A DNA stretch of 64,000 nucleotides from Ginglymostoma cirratum (Eukaryota), in the NCBI GenBank assembly GCA_024137785.1, contig JAHRHZ010000019.1, positions 23,093,365 to 23,157,364 on the forward strand. The letters are read 5' to 3'. A program made the translations under genes and the position numbers. Within the stretch, counting starts at the first letter, position 1. Every line of letters begins with the position of its first letter. Under the pieces are notes generated by a model that worked only from the letters and a program-made list of their open reading frames with translations, was not told the origin of the DNA and made no database searches. Of the stretch, positions 51,401-64,000 are shown in pieces.

Positions 51401-54400
51401 CTGACTAGGTGTGTGGTTAGTTCTCATATTTAGTTCTCATGTAGTATGCCATACTACAACCAAGATTATTTCCTGGCGTATAACCTATGTTTTATCTATA
51501 ATATCTCAGCATCTTGCAACTTTGGATCAGTGAGTACACAATGGGGTGTCGTTGTCAAAAGAGAAAATATCTCTGGCATCCGTCCATCTTGGGAGATAAT
51601 GGACTGCGCTAGCAGTGGGTGTCACTTCAATATTAGACATTGTCAGTTGTGTCTGTGCTGATAAAGGTACCATTATATCAGCCACGTATCTAACCAGAAG
51701 GGTCTCCACTCCTTAATGTACATTTTTATTGTGATTACAGCAAGAATATCATGCATATCTGAGCCAGGAATCCCAGGAATCCTTCCTCCTTAAGCAGTCC
51801 CATCTACCAATGGTTGTCCTCCCCACTGAACAGCTTAAGCTGTTGACTGCTGGGAGACATGGGATACCAACTAAAGATTTGGCTGCTTACTTCGGTGAGT
51901 AATCCTACCATGAAGGTACAGAAAAGATAATAACAGTAGCCATCTCACAACACCAGCATAATGATGGCAAACTTGCACTAGATTCCAGTGATTTGACAGA
52001 TCTAGATGCTCCCTCAATATGCCCCAGCATCAATCTCCAGGATTGTGCTGTAGAGTGTTCTTTATAACATGATACTGCAGTGTGGTCCGGTGTCCAACAG
52101 TGGAAATGGTTAAGAATTAATCAAGTATGCTGGGAATTTTAGTCAAGCTAGCTTAAATTCTGACCTCGGTTAAAACTGCAGCTAGGACATGTTGTGACCT
52201 GTTCTGTAAGCTGTGACCCGAAGTTTCTTGTGTTGACCAAATAAGGCAGATTTAATGATTGTCTCTAGACATACTCGCACCATATTACCTTCTTTGAAGC
52301 ATGGAATGTTATTTATGACTTGGTGTAAACATTTGTGAGTTGTTTACCAGCAAACACGTTGGCTGGGATCAAACATTGTGATCAGGATTTGGTCAATTCA
52401 ATGGCTGAGTTCCAGAGAAGTTTCTGGAAAATGCTGACATTTTATGATAAAAGTTAGCAGAACAAAAGATTTCTCAGGAGTAGACTTCAAGACCAACATT
52501 TGAGAAGTACGTGCCCTGAAGTCATCTTCAGAGAAGACAAAGCATCATAAATCAAGATCTACACTGAGAGCAAAGTTGGTCACATCACTTGAATCAGGGG
52601 TTGTATTTGTTTCGAGCCAAACTTAGAGTTAACCTCAGAGTTAGAGTTAAATGTGAATTAAGTTAGAGTAAGGTAATGCGAAGTTAAATAAAGTGAGTCT
52701 GAGTCAGATCCCTGCCTTTTGTCCGTCACACAAGAGAAGAATACCTGGGTAAAAGGTTTGAGTACTCCTTTCAGGCAACAGCAGAGGACAGGAGCTGGTA
52801 CCAGAGCAAGATGGAGAGCACCCGGCACCCTCCTCAGAAGCTGGAATTTGAGTTGCCATTAATGTCTACAACCACACATCTGGCTGTGAGGAGAAACCTG
52901 CGACATACTCATCCAGGCACGCTTTGCTTGAAAGGTGTCCTTACAACAATCTAACCATTCCATCAAGAACTTTGTATCATCCCACCCTGCAACCTACCTC
53001 CTTCATGCAGTGAACCAGCCAACTATCACATCAAAGGCTTTTTTCATCACAGCTGATCATTCTATTCACAGAAGGAAAGTGACCAGGGTGAATGGGGGAA
53101 TGGAACAAAGTAAAGACTTGAGGATGAGGACAATGCATCACTCATTCTTTGATTTAAATAAGAACGTTATTTGAACCTTTGGGCTGAATCTTGCATTGTT
53201 TTGATGAAGATTTTTGGAGGGAGTTTTGCCGTGAGGTACAGGAAGATTTCACACTGTATGTTACTAAATGAGACGTATTAACTACGTACTCCACCCCTAA
53301 GCAATCCCTTTCATCTGATTCTATCCCCGTTTTATCAAGCAATATTTCCAGAACAACTCGCCACTTACTGAATATCCACCGAAAGATCAGCCTCCCTTGC
53401 ACACTGCGGCATCTTTAATAGCCTGTTGTGCACTTAGACAAAGCACTATGGTTAGAAGATGGCCTGCACAATTCATCTCATTTGTCCCAGACAAAGTGAA
53501 ATTGGCAGGAACCTGGAAGTCCTGCTAAACAAAATGCAGAAGTTGAACATCCACTTACCCCAGAAGAAGCTATGGAGGCTGTGCAGTCCATAGAGTCAGG
53601 TTGCCACCTGACTCAGTGCAGTCTTAGCTACATGGAGGCACGCCCAGTTGTTTAGGAAGGTGAATGACCTTTTGCACTCATCCAGCATAAGTGCCACAAT
53701 TTTCTCTCCAATACCTCTCCCTCATTCTAACTTTGTTCTTGTAGCCACCTCCCATCACACCATACCATTCTGACTATTGCCTGCAACGTCTTTTCCACTT
53801 GCCTTCACAACCCTCAAATGCCTGGCAGCACTAAGCGTGCACACCCTTCCTTCTGTGCCAACCACTCACTTAATTAGGACACCACCCAACTACATCAAAA
53901 GTAATAGGTATGCCATCCACTTCCATCCTACTCAGTATTGCCTGTCTCTCATTCCAAGAAAAAAACAGCCCACTATATTGCAGAAAGACTCAACGACTGC
54001 CTGACATTCACTGCTCACCCCATACGTAGAGAGAATCTTGACTCTGACCACCAAGTGGCTGATTGACCAACTATTTCCAAGCCCCTGGACTGATATCAAA
54101 GGCTCCCATTATTTTACTGTGCCAGGACCTCCTTACTTTGGCCTGACTGAGTACTTCTGACAAACATAACAAGTTTCCTGGCTTTATGTAAATGGTACCT
54201 GGTGAAAAGGGCAAAGTGCAAAAAGGCAAAACAATGCAAGGCAGGATGCAACGAAAAACCAGTCTCAGAGTGAGTGCGTGCGTGCAATGAAATTGATTAC
54301 AGATGTACAGCCTGGTCAAGTACATGAGCTAGGTGTATGTCCCTGAGCGCACAGTGTCCTTTCAGCAGTGTTACAATGAAAGTGACTGGTGCAGATCAAG

Positions 54401-56265
54401 GCACAGCACTGAAGTACGGAAGCATACCTTAAGGACCAGAGCCTTGCTTTTAGGGTTCTTAAGCTGGCACATGTTGGATGCCAGTGTTCATGTACATGGG
54501 TTATATGTGGCCAATACCCAAGTAGTAGGGTCAGTGTCCAGAACTGAGTTCCTTTAGCTCAAGTGGTAGGCTTAAAACACCAGGTACCTGCTCTGACTCC
54601 CATGTTGATAATCACAAACTCTAGTTTGTTCAGAGCATTTATTAATATTAGGAAGCTGAATATTAATGAGGTGGGTTGCGGTGTTAATAAAGTACTTAAG
54701 AAGCTATAATCTCCCTTAGTAACTTGGCATTGTCCAGCAATAGACATGTCACTCAGACCCCTATAAAGTTTCACCCATTGACATGTACTAGGCACTTAAC
54801 TGAATCCCTTTATGCAATTAAGATCTTCCTTAACAGGATTACATCTATGTAGTGTTACCGCTCTAGTTTAGGCTGAATTCAAGACATGGTTACTATTCCC
54901 TTGCTTTGACACACAGATGCCCATGATGACATCCTTTAGATTTTAGAGCTTGTGAGGCTTCTGTCAAAGACTGCTTCATCGCAGAAATAGACTCATTTAT
55001 TGAAGCAAAAGGCAGCTATGACTGAATGGAAGGAGGGAAAGGGCTAAGTGGGGTATTTTGAAGAGTCTGCACTTCTGACTTCTCTAATTTCCCTTTCAGA
55101 CTCACCTGCAACTCCCTGCTGGCCGCAAGTAGTCAGTTGTATGCCACTGTTGCATTCAACTACCAAGCTGATGCTTCGCTTCATCGTCAGTAAACTTAGA
55201 ACCAGAGGGTGCAGGCCAGCATGCAGAGTGGGGGTGTTGAGCAGAAATTGAGTAATGCTCCAAGATTGCAGAAAGTGCTGTCTAATGGAAGATGCCTTTT
55301 AAGTATGGTTTCTGGATGCTAGAGCCTTGGAGGTCCCAGCACAGGCCAGAACTTCCGGTCTGCCCGTCCCTAAACTTTTGCATTTTACCTAAACATTAAT
55401 ATGTAATTAAATAAAAGAATATAATCTAGTGGTAAAACCTACCCTACCACCAACCAGGAGAACCTCCCTCTTTTCAGCCTGCCTACCGCTTGCTAATAGA
55501 AGTTAAAATCCTACCTTATCTCTAGTACCTAGCTTTGCTAGTATGATGTGTTCCTCACCATGTACACTTCTATTTGTAACACAAGACTCTGGAAAGTGCA
55601 CAGGTGTCAAAAGATGATATATCCTCAAAGAGCTGATTTTTCCTCCATTTGCTTCCTCACTGCTTCTATCTGATCCAGCTAAGGACCTGCTCCAAAGGAA
55701 GAACTTTGAATCAGCCCTAAAACTAGGTGAAATTGGGAGCAAATGTAACACAGCAAGTTTATGACAGTTCAGTTATTGGTGAAATCAGTTCAATGAGTGA
55801 TCATTAAATGCCAAGTGGCAGTGCACCATCGCTGGGTGTCATCAGGAACTGAACTTTATCAGGGCAGTGGTGGTCCTGTTAGTGAGATAAAAAGCCCAGT
55901 CCAACATTTCTGGGAGAGTCAGTACAATTCTGTGGCAATAAACTGCAACCATCAAGGTTCCTTCCTTTAAGGGCATTCATTTCGGGACCTTCAATTCCAG
56001 CAATATCTTTGTCAAAACCGAAACTTCATTTTACTGAGTTTTCATATAGCTAATTCTTCCTGTTTGATATAGGAATTATCATGGAATGATTAATACACAG
56101 CTATATGCATCCAGTTTCCTACATTAAGGATGGGCATCAAATGTTGGACTTGACAGCGACACTGACACTCCATGAATGAATTTTTTTAAAAAATAATGAA
56201 TTCTTGATTTCAGTGAATTTGCTTTGTAAGGTCAGCTACTTCCACACAAAGACTAAATATCACAG

Positions 56266-56396
56266 GAGATAAAAGGTACTGCAGATGCTGGAGAATCCGA
56301 GATAACAAGCATGGGGCTGGATGAACACAGCAGGTCAAGCAGCATCATAGGAGCAGGAAAACTTGACGTTTCGGGCCTAGACCCTTCATCAGAAAT
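56266..56396 (-). mobile_element. Short Penelope-like element (family A) with hammerhead motif at 56361-56396
   Basis: Reverse complement of the 45918 copy; within the hammerhead motif only a helix-II loop base differs. Confidence 0.75.
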
Positions 56397-56425
56397 CTGG
56401 GGTGTATTAAATTTACTTTAACATA

Positions 56426-56467
56426 GCCCCAGTGGCCTAATGGATAAGGCACTGGCCTCCTAAGCCA
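56426..56467 (+). tRNA. tRNA-Arg(CCT), 5' 42 nt; remainder lost in the N gap
   Basis: GCCCCAG TG GCCT AATGGATA AGGC A CTGGC CT CCT AA GCCA: D-stem GCCT/AGGC, anticodon stem (C)TGGC/GCCA, anticodon CCT at 56459-56461. Matches the vertebrate tRNA-Arg-CCT 5' sequence as recalled. Confidence 0.85.
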
Positions 56468-56867
56468 NNNNNNNNNNNNNNNNNNNNNNNNNNNNNNNNN
56501 NNNNNNNNNNNNNNNNNNNNNNNNNNNNNNNNNNNNNNNNNNNNNNNNNNNNNNNNNNNNNNNNNNNNNNNNNNNNNNNNNNNNNNNNNNNNNNNNNNNN
56601 NNNNNNNNNNNNNNNNNNNNNNNNNNNNNNNNNNNNNNNNNNNNNNNNNNNNNNNNNNNNNNNNNNNNNNNNNNNNNNNNNNNNNNNNNNNNNNNNNNNN
56701 NNNNNNNNNNNNNNNNNNNNNNNNNNNNNNNNNNNNNNNNNNNNNNNNNNNNNNNNNNNNNNNNNNNNNNNNNNNNNNNNNNNNNNNNNNNNNNNNNNNN
56801 NNNNNNNNNNNNNNNNNNNNNNNNNNNNNNNNNNNNNNNNNNNNNNNNNNNNNNNNNNNNNNNNNNN
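56468..56867. other. Assembly gap (400 N)
   Basis: Run of n. Confidence 1.
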
Positions 56868-57649
56868 ATCTACTTCTCTCTCCCCTTCATCATACATCCA
56901 GTAATTTAATGACATATTTTTTAAAAACTAATTCTATTGGCATTTGAACTACTTAGCGTGTTACTTTTTTGGTTAGAAATTACGTGAAGAAGTAATATAG
57001 GAATAATTGCATTTTGCATCTGTACAATTTTTTTCATCTTCTGTATCAGTTTGTTTCATTAATCTGCAACTACCTGAGCACCAGTCAGGCATACATGCAG
57101 TACAGCAGTGGAACAAAATGTAAATGACATGATGTAAGCTCAGGCAGAACGTCACTACCAATTTAAGAAGTGAAAATACGTACATTATGAACCACCTTAG
57201 GATAAACAATACAACCTCTACTCCTCAGACTTTGCTCACTGAAATCACCAATACAAAATGTACTAATTTTGTCTAATATTACTTCTTAATAGATAGTATT
57301 ATTAGAAGAGGTTTCATGGTTCTTATTCCACTCTAAAATGGACAGTGGTTGAGAGAAGTGTTAACCACAGTTGGAAACTATGTACCAAAATTCACAATCA
57401 ATGTAAATCTGTGGATTTTCACCCCCAAATCATGCTTTTACTTTTAAAAGGAGGCGGTTCATAATTTAGGCATTCTCTTAGGTAAAATAATTAAAAATCT
57501 TGTGGATTACTTGAAAGGCAAGAACAAAAGCCTCAAACTTGTCACAGTACTTGGCTGGTGGCAGTGGGGTAGAAATGATAATAGAAACAGGAGTGAATAC
57601 AGTCATAGTCACTATAGCTGATTTTGAAAAGCATTTATCCATGTCAAGT

Positions 57650-58900
57650 GCATGTTGCTTTCAAGGCCAACATTTATTGCCTATTCCTAAATGCCCTCAG
57701 GAAAGTGGTAGAAAACTGAGGTTTTTATTTGCGGCAGTCCTCATGCAGTCAAAGTACCCCCAGGGAGTTCCAAGATATTGGCTAGCAAATGAGTGTTTAA
57801 GATAGTGGTTGGGCTTTATTGGGCAACTCTGTCCTGGAATGTATCAACTTCCTTGAAAGTTGTTGGATATGAACTCATCCCTACAAGTGGAGAGTATTTC
57901 TTCACATTCCTGACTTATGCCTTGTAGGTGGCTTCGAGAGGTGACATACTTACTGCAGAATATCTAGTTTCTGTCTTGCTTTTGTATGAGCAGTAGTTAT
58001 GTGCCTCCTCTAGCTCTGGTCACTGATGACAAGTCTCAGCTATTGACGGTGGAGGCTTTCACAATGTCAAGGAGGTAGTTAGATACTTGTTGGAGTTGGT
58101 TATTGCCTGGCACTTACATGGCACAAATGTTAGTAGGCACTTAGCCCCGGCCTGTATGTTGTCCAGATTTTGTTCCATGCAGATACAGGCAGCTTCATTA
58201 TTTTTATTTGTTCACGGAATGTAGCTGTCACTGGCTAGGCTGACATTTATTTGCCCAGAGGACAGTTACACAGTTTCACATAACTATGGGTTTGGAGCAA
58301 TATTCCCACTAATTGTTAACTGCTGCATGGATATCTGAGTTCCATGCATGGCAATGGCTTTGGAAAGCTGAAGCTAGTGTGTCAGCACAGCATGCAGTGG
58401 GTGCAAAACCTCCCAGTGACTGCGTGACTACACAGCTTGGAAAGGATGTTAGTCTGGGGTTTACATGTAGGCCAGACCAGGTAAGGATGATAGATTTCCT
58501 TTCTTCAAGGACATTAGTGGGTTTCTGACCTTTTACAACAATTGGCATTGGTTACATGGTGACAATTAGACTAGCTTTTTTAAAATTTCAGATTTTTATT
58601 GAATTCACATTTCACCATTTACCATGTAGGATTCAAATTCATATCCTCAGAACATGAGCCTAGGGTTCTGCAATACAAGTTCATAGATATTACCACTATT
58701 CCACCATCTCTGCTTATGACAAATTGCAAATTAAATTGACCACTTCAGTCATCACAAATATTCCCACTTCTGTCCGTGGCTGAAGATGGAAGGGCTTTGT
58801 GCACTATCCTGAGGAATTCTTCGTGAGGTTTTTAATCTCCAACCACCACAAACATTTTGCTTTCTGCTAGCTGTGATTGCAGCTAGTGGACAGTCTCCTT
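57650..58900 (-). mobile_element. Decayed LINE remnant with nested tRNA-headed SINE (about 58200-58710)
   Basis: Homology to 50390-51400, and to the SINEs at 14455 and 23905. Confidence 0.6.
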
Positions 58901-61900
58901 TTCATGGAGCCTGTAACTAAGTAAATATGGCCGCTTTTGGCCAGTGAATTCTCAAGTGTGATATCATCTCATTCCATAGCAACAACACTTGTTGTGTGGG
59001 CTCACACAACGAATCATTGTTTCTGCAATGTAAATAAAGGAAGACTGATGGTTCCAATAATATGAACTGCCAACTTAAGTTGAGAAAGGGAAAACAGACC
59101 CAAATTTAATTTACATACTCCAATATGATCACCTCTATCCACTGTCAATTGAACATTAGACTTCTTAAGTCAGTGTAAGAAACATTGACATTCTTCCATT
59201 TTATATTACAGCAGTCCCATTTTTACATTGTAGTTGATTTGCACACATCTCAAAACGATTCATTTACTTCAATAACAGTAGAGGGTATGCCCACCCCCAA
59301 CACTGGTTTAGAAAGAAGTTGACCAGTTCTACTATCTTCTTAAGCATTATCTGTGAATTCTCAGCAGAGGTTTCACACCAGATATTGATCTGATGATCGA
59401 GATGCAGTACAAACATGGATTTACCAATAGAATTGCATTCTGCATTACACACTTCATTGAAATTAGATGCAACTAAAACAAGTTCCTCTCAGGGGAATGC
59501 CTGCTAAGTAATGGTAATATAAATTATTTCATTGCTGCCTCAGTGGTTCATGAAAATAGCATGTAATTAAGTTGTAGTGAATTAACTGATATCAGCTGGA
59601 ATCAGTGTCAGTGCTTGTGTTCTGTGTAAAAGAAAAATGAGTTATGGTTCACCTTCCTAATACCACTTTAACCTACTGTAATGTGCAGATCTGGTGCAAA
59701 TAGGATCAAAATTATTAAGCAAGGGTTTTGTAATTCTAATCTAGGAGGCAATCAATGGCTTTAGAGGATGGTAGGAAAAAGAAAATTGTCAAAGCCATGT
59801 TTCCTGTTCCTTTTCTTGCTCGCTCATCTGCTGAAATCACTGCTTGGTGGAACGGAAAATGCAGCCCAGGAAATACTGCTATTTTCGTTTTATTTTTGTT
59901 CACACAGGAATGCCTAAGTGAGATAGTGGATAATGAACACATATGAAAAAGCCAATTCAGAGAAAGAAATCAGTACCTGTCCTGCTCTCAACAGCCACAT
60001 ATTATATGTTTTTAATGTGATAACAATGATATTCAAAGAAAGTAATACATCATTATAATTGAGAAATAATTTGCTTGGAAATTCCAAATTGACTAACCGG
60101 TAACAAAAAGGTAACTATTGCCTTAAACGCTGTTGTTGAACTAGCAGCTATTTTATTCACTGCACAGCTATTTTAAAATTTGAGGAGGTTTAAACATTTT
60201 ATAAACGTTATTTACATTTATCATCTTTATTCAATTATTACAAATGCAAGACAGCAGTTAAAAACTTAGTTCAGATAAGTTTGCTTCGGACAATTTATTC
60301 ATCTGGCCACTATTCAGTGTGCAGCAACAATTATTTGTATATGTAGTTGTGTACCAAGTAAGGCATCTAGCCAGCTAAGCAACAGTGAGTTTGATATTGT
60401 GCGCTGAAAACAGGATTGTACTAACCAATGGAATAAATTCCAGCACAAGGCTTGGCAATCTGCCAAGTGACATTGTGTATGTATTCTATACCAAACCAAG
60501 ATAAAATATACTAATATGGATTTATCAATTAACATGGACCTTCTCACTTGATGACAAGTTTCTGAACATCAACACTCAACTTACTTATTGGCTATTGGCA
60601 TTAACAATCAATTGCTGGTGGCAGTTGAAAGAAGGATAATGGCAATGGTTAGGGATTTGTGCTACTGCATCTGTGTACCGGAGAACAGTGTCATATTTGC
60701 ATTTTTTGCAGTTTAGGCAGATTGCTGACCTGTCCCCTTATAATTAAAGAAAAATTGTTCGCTTTAAAAGATGATGCTGAGCATACAGACCATTGAAAGT
60801 ATAATTCATGTGAAAATGAAAAGTCTGTCTTTGGCAACTTGCCATCTAACTTCTCTCTTCATTCAAGTATGAGTGAGAGTTGAAAAAAGACTAACTCAGG
60901 AAATTAAGTAAATGAAAGCCAAACTGGCAATCGTCCTGGCTACTGGATAAAGATGTGTTGGTCTACACAACCAGTGTTAGCGGGTTATTTGCTTGTATTA
61001 AACATTGCAGTAGGCATACCTCACTGGATTTTCTTTTTACATGGAAACACTGCTGAGCAATTCAAGATCTGGCAAACAGATTATTGACAGGAAATGACTC
61101 TTACCAAAGCAGTTTGGATAAATGATGCAACATTCCATACATAGAAACAAAGAAAACTCTCCACCCTTTCTCTCGCTCGGTACAGAGTGTACCTATACTG
61201 GTCTTAAGAAATTTTATTTACCTTAACAGATCTTATATCCTTCCCTGGGAGTATGTCAGCATGAAACTATTAAGAAACCACAAACTTCAGCAAAAAGCAT
61301 ACCATGATGAGCTCAAAGCAGAACACAATTTTAAAAATATACTTTGTTTTGAAAGAGAAACAAATTTATTCAGAAAAGGCATTATTACCCAGTAATGGCA
61401 AATAGCCCATCCTCCCTGTACATTCCTATTATAACTTGTATACTGCTACATGACCAGTGAGAAGCAGATCGATGTGTGCCAGCTGCCCTCTGCTTATTTA
61501 TATGAAAATAAATTGTGCATTATACCTGTATTTTGCCACCTGAAACTACAGTGCCTATTAGGCTTCCAGAAATCTCTGAAATCAAAAAAAATCAACAGAG
61601 CAAAAAATGAACTTTATGAAGGGCAGAAGAATCTTTATTAAAGTGACATTAATTAGCAGATGTTAAGAAGTACATGCTTCTCAAAGTTAGTAACCAGGTA
61701 TCCAAAATTACATGGTTCACTTACATTAATATAGTCGTGTCCATGGAAAGCATTGACACGACACATATCCTGAATTTTGGACTTGTAAGATTTTACGAAG
61801 TAGGCCCATACATCTGGGAGTCTTGCATAATTTGGAATTTGATTTTAATACGCAGAGAATTTCAAGTAGAGCAGAAAAATGACTGCTAACTATATTTATA

Positions 61901-64000
61901 GGCCCGAACTTGTGGCCTGTAGAATACTTCCCCAAACAGCTGCCCATTTGAAATGGGTAAAAAGTAGTACCCAGCTGGCAGGTGGCACTTAGGCATCCAG
62001 GAGTAGAGATAGTTGGCTAGTCGGCAAGCAGAGAGTCAGTTGGAGTCTCAAGCAGGAAAGTCCGCAATTTTCATTGTGGGGCACCAAAGAAGTACACTTT
62101 GCTTAATTTGAGTGCCATCTGACCACTGCAGATCTGAATCATGCATGGTGAAAAAGTGCAGTGACTTGCCTTTTCAAGGTCAAGTTAAAGTTAATCAGGG
62201 ATTTGAATTAGTGAAAATTACAAAGTTCTTGCCTCTTTCCAGTGAACACCTCATGCACCAAACTGCAGTGACCAGTTAAAGTGGCAGTTAGCAAGAATGT
62301 TCTAATAAAGCTGAAGGTTCCAACTTAAATAACCAACTATGCACATCCAGCAGATTCTCATTCAGGGGTGGGTAAGGCTTTTCCCCTTACTGGAAAAGTA
62401 TGTCACATGATTTATATTTGGATGTTTTATATGGAGATCCTGCTTCAGTAAGTGGGAACAAATACATTACTGTTAAAGTTTTACTATTATAGTTCCATCA
62501 AAATCTTCTGCATGTGGCTCTGGTGAGCTTTCAGTACAGTAGACTAGCAGTATTTCAGCAGTAATTAGCCAAGTGAAGGAAATGAATACATCCAAGCCCA
62601 TCCCACTGCATAAAAATAATACATGATTCTGAAACCATTGCCAGTATGTAGGACTTATTGAACATTGTGTTCATGAAAGCATTTCAACTCAACTATGATA
62701 CTATATCACAATAGTGTGGTGGTTTTTGACTCATGATTGCTAAATTGCAGAATCAAGGTTTAAGATTTAAGAACTGCCCAAAAGTGGAGGGCACAATGTT
62801 AATAAACTACCACAACGTTGATTCTTTATGATTTTTCTAACTGGGGATTTTCCATTGTGGTGAGGGAGAAAAAGTTCTGGTGGGAATTCTATTGATTTCA
62901 CACTATTTCTGGCATTAGTAAAGCCTGGCAGCTGGCAATCTTTCCATCAACTTCTACAGCTGGAGATGGAAACAAAACATTCATATAAGAACGTAGCTAA
63001 CAAAAAAAGCAAGCACCTTTAAATATGTTACAAAGGCCATGTCCTCATCAATTGATTCAAAGGAGGTTATGAGTCATGAGCATAAATATCAGCTTGAATC
63101 CAGCATTCAACAGTAATATACTTCAACACATTGTTTTCTATGTTTTCTTCAATTAAAAACAGCACGGTGACTTTCTGTTGCATTCTGATTTTAAATCCAA
63201 ATTGTATGCTCAGTGAAATTTAGAGGTATTGCTCGCTTACATCATGGTAATCCAATCCTCTTTGATGTTACCACTACAGTACTGTTATGATAATCACTGC
63301 AGGCCTGTCCTATCACATGACTCCCAGGAAGGTGATTTAAGGTAAACAATATTTCCAGTTTAATATTATCAACTGTGGCTTCTGTTTGAACAATTAAAAA
63401 GTTACACTTAATTTTCTCCCATCAATAATTTCAAAGTTCTCCAAATATCATGGAAGCACAAACATTGGTGATGAACTTTAAAAAAAATTTTCATAAAAAC
63501 TGCATAGCAAAGTCAACTTCATTTTTCTCTTTTTTTTTATTCTTTCTTCCAATGTAAAGTGCAACCTTCTCACAGCCTCCACTAATTTAGCCTGGGGAGC
63601 AGTAACAAGGCATTATAATTACCTTTGTTGCAAGGAGGGAAAAATACACACACTTTCCAATATACTGAAACATTTGATGAATTGTTAATGACCCATATTG
63701 GAAAATATGTGCATTTGGACATCATGAAGGACTAAGTTGCCTTTCTGCAATATTCCACACAGTCAAAAAATTATTTGAGCCAGCCTGCGCATGAGAGATG
63801 GTGCTTGGAGGGCTCCTTTTGTTCGTGGAATTGTGCCCGAACACCTGAGAGAGTTAATTAATCTAGGAACATTGACGTACCATTAGTGACATTCAAGGTT
63901 CTCTGAAAATGAAGGAAACCATATTCAAGAAAGGGAAAAATGTGAGAGGGAGTCAACTTCTTAAATATCACTAACATATTAGGTTGAAAAATACATTGTA

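Noticed and set aside
53380-54300. Possible Harbinger/Myb-SANT transposon remnant (RKVNDLLHS at about 53654-53680)
   Set aside because: Too short and degraded to support; no terminal inverted repeats identified.
55679-55726. Possible small plus-strand exon (AKDLLQRKNFESALKL)
   Set aside because: Weak donor (gtgaaa), no recognisable homology, and no partner exons.

Overview
AT-rich, repeat-dense vertebrate genomic DNA. The SINE/LINE repertoire (HE1/V-SINE-type, Deu-SINE-type, CR1/HER-type LINEs, many Penelope-like elements) points to a shark or other elasmobranch; this is inference. The one clear protein-coding gene is PPP1R21 on the minus strand. Coding exons 1-8 (31248 down to 2297; 744 nt, 248 aa) were reconstructed by hand, with canonical GT-AG sites and consistent phases, and the gene continues off the left edge. 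Its CpG-island promoter (about 31.25-31.9 kb) carries ETS, CRE and two RFX X-box motifs plus plus-strand splice donors, which suggests a bidirectional promoter. The 5' half of a tRNA-Arg(CCT) runs into an N gap at 56.4 kb. The most notable signals are: (1) at least three families of short Penelope-like elements carrying minimal hammerhead-ribozyme motifs with palindromic helix III, one of them present as three near-identical copies, and often arranged as inverted repeats with target-site duplications (TSDs); (2) two short telomeric TTAGGG insertions inside repeats; (3) head-to-tail arrays of a tRNA-headed ~115-nt repeat; (4) multi-level nested insertions. Almost all ORFs in the supplied track are spurious or retroelement-derived. 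Repeat boundaries are approximate and family names come from motif recognition, not database searches. I found no firm evidence for a wholly new protein-coding system.
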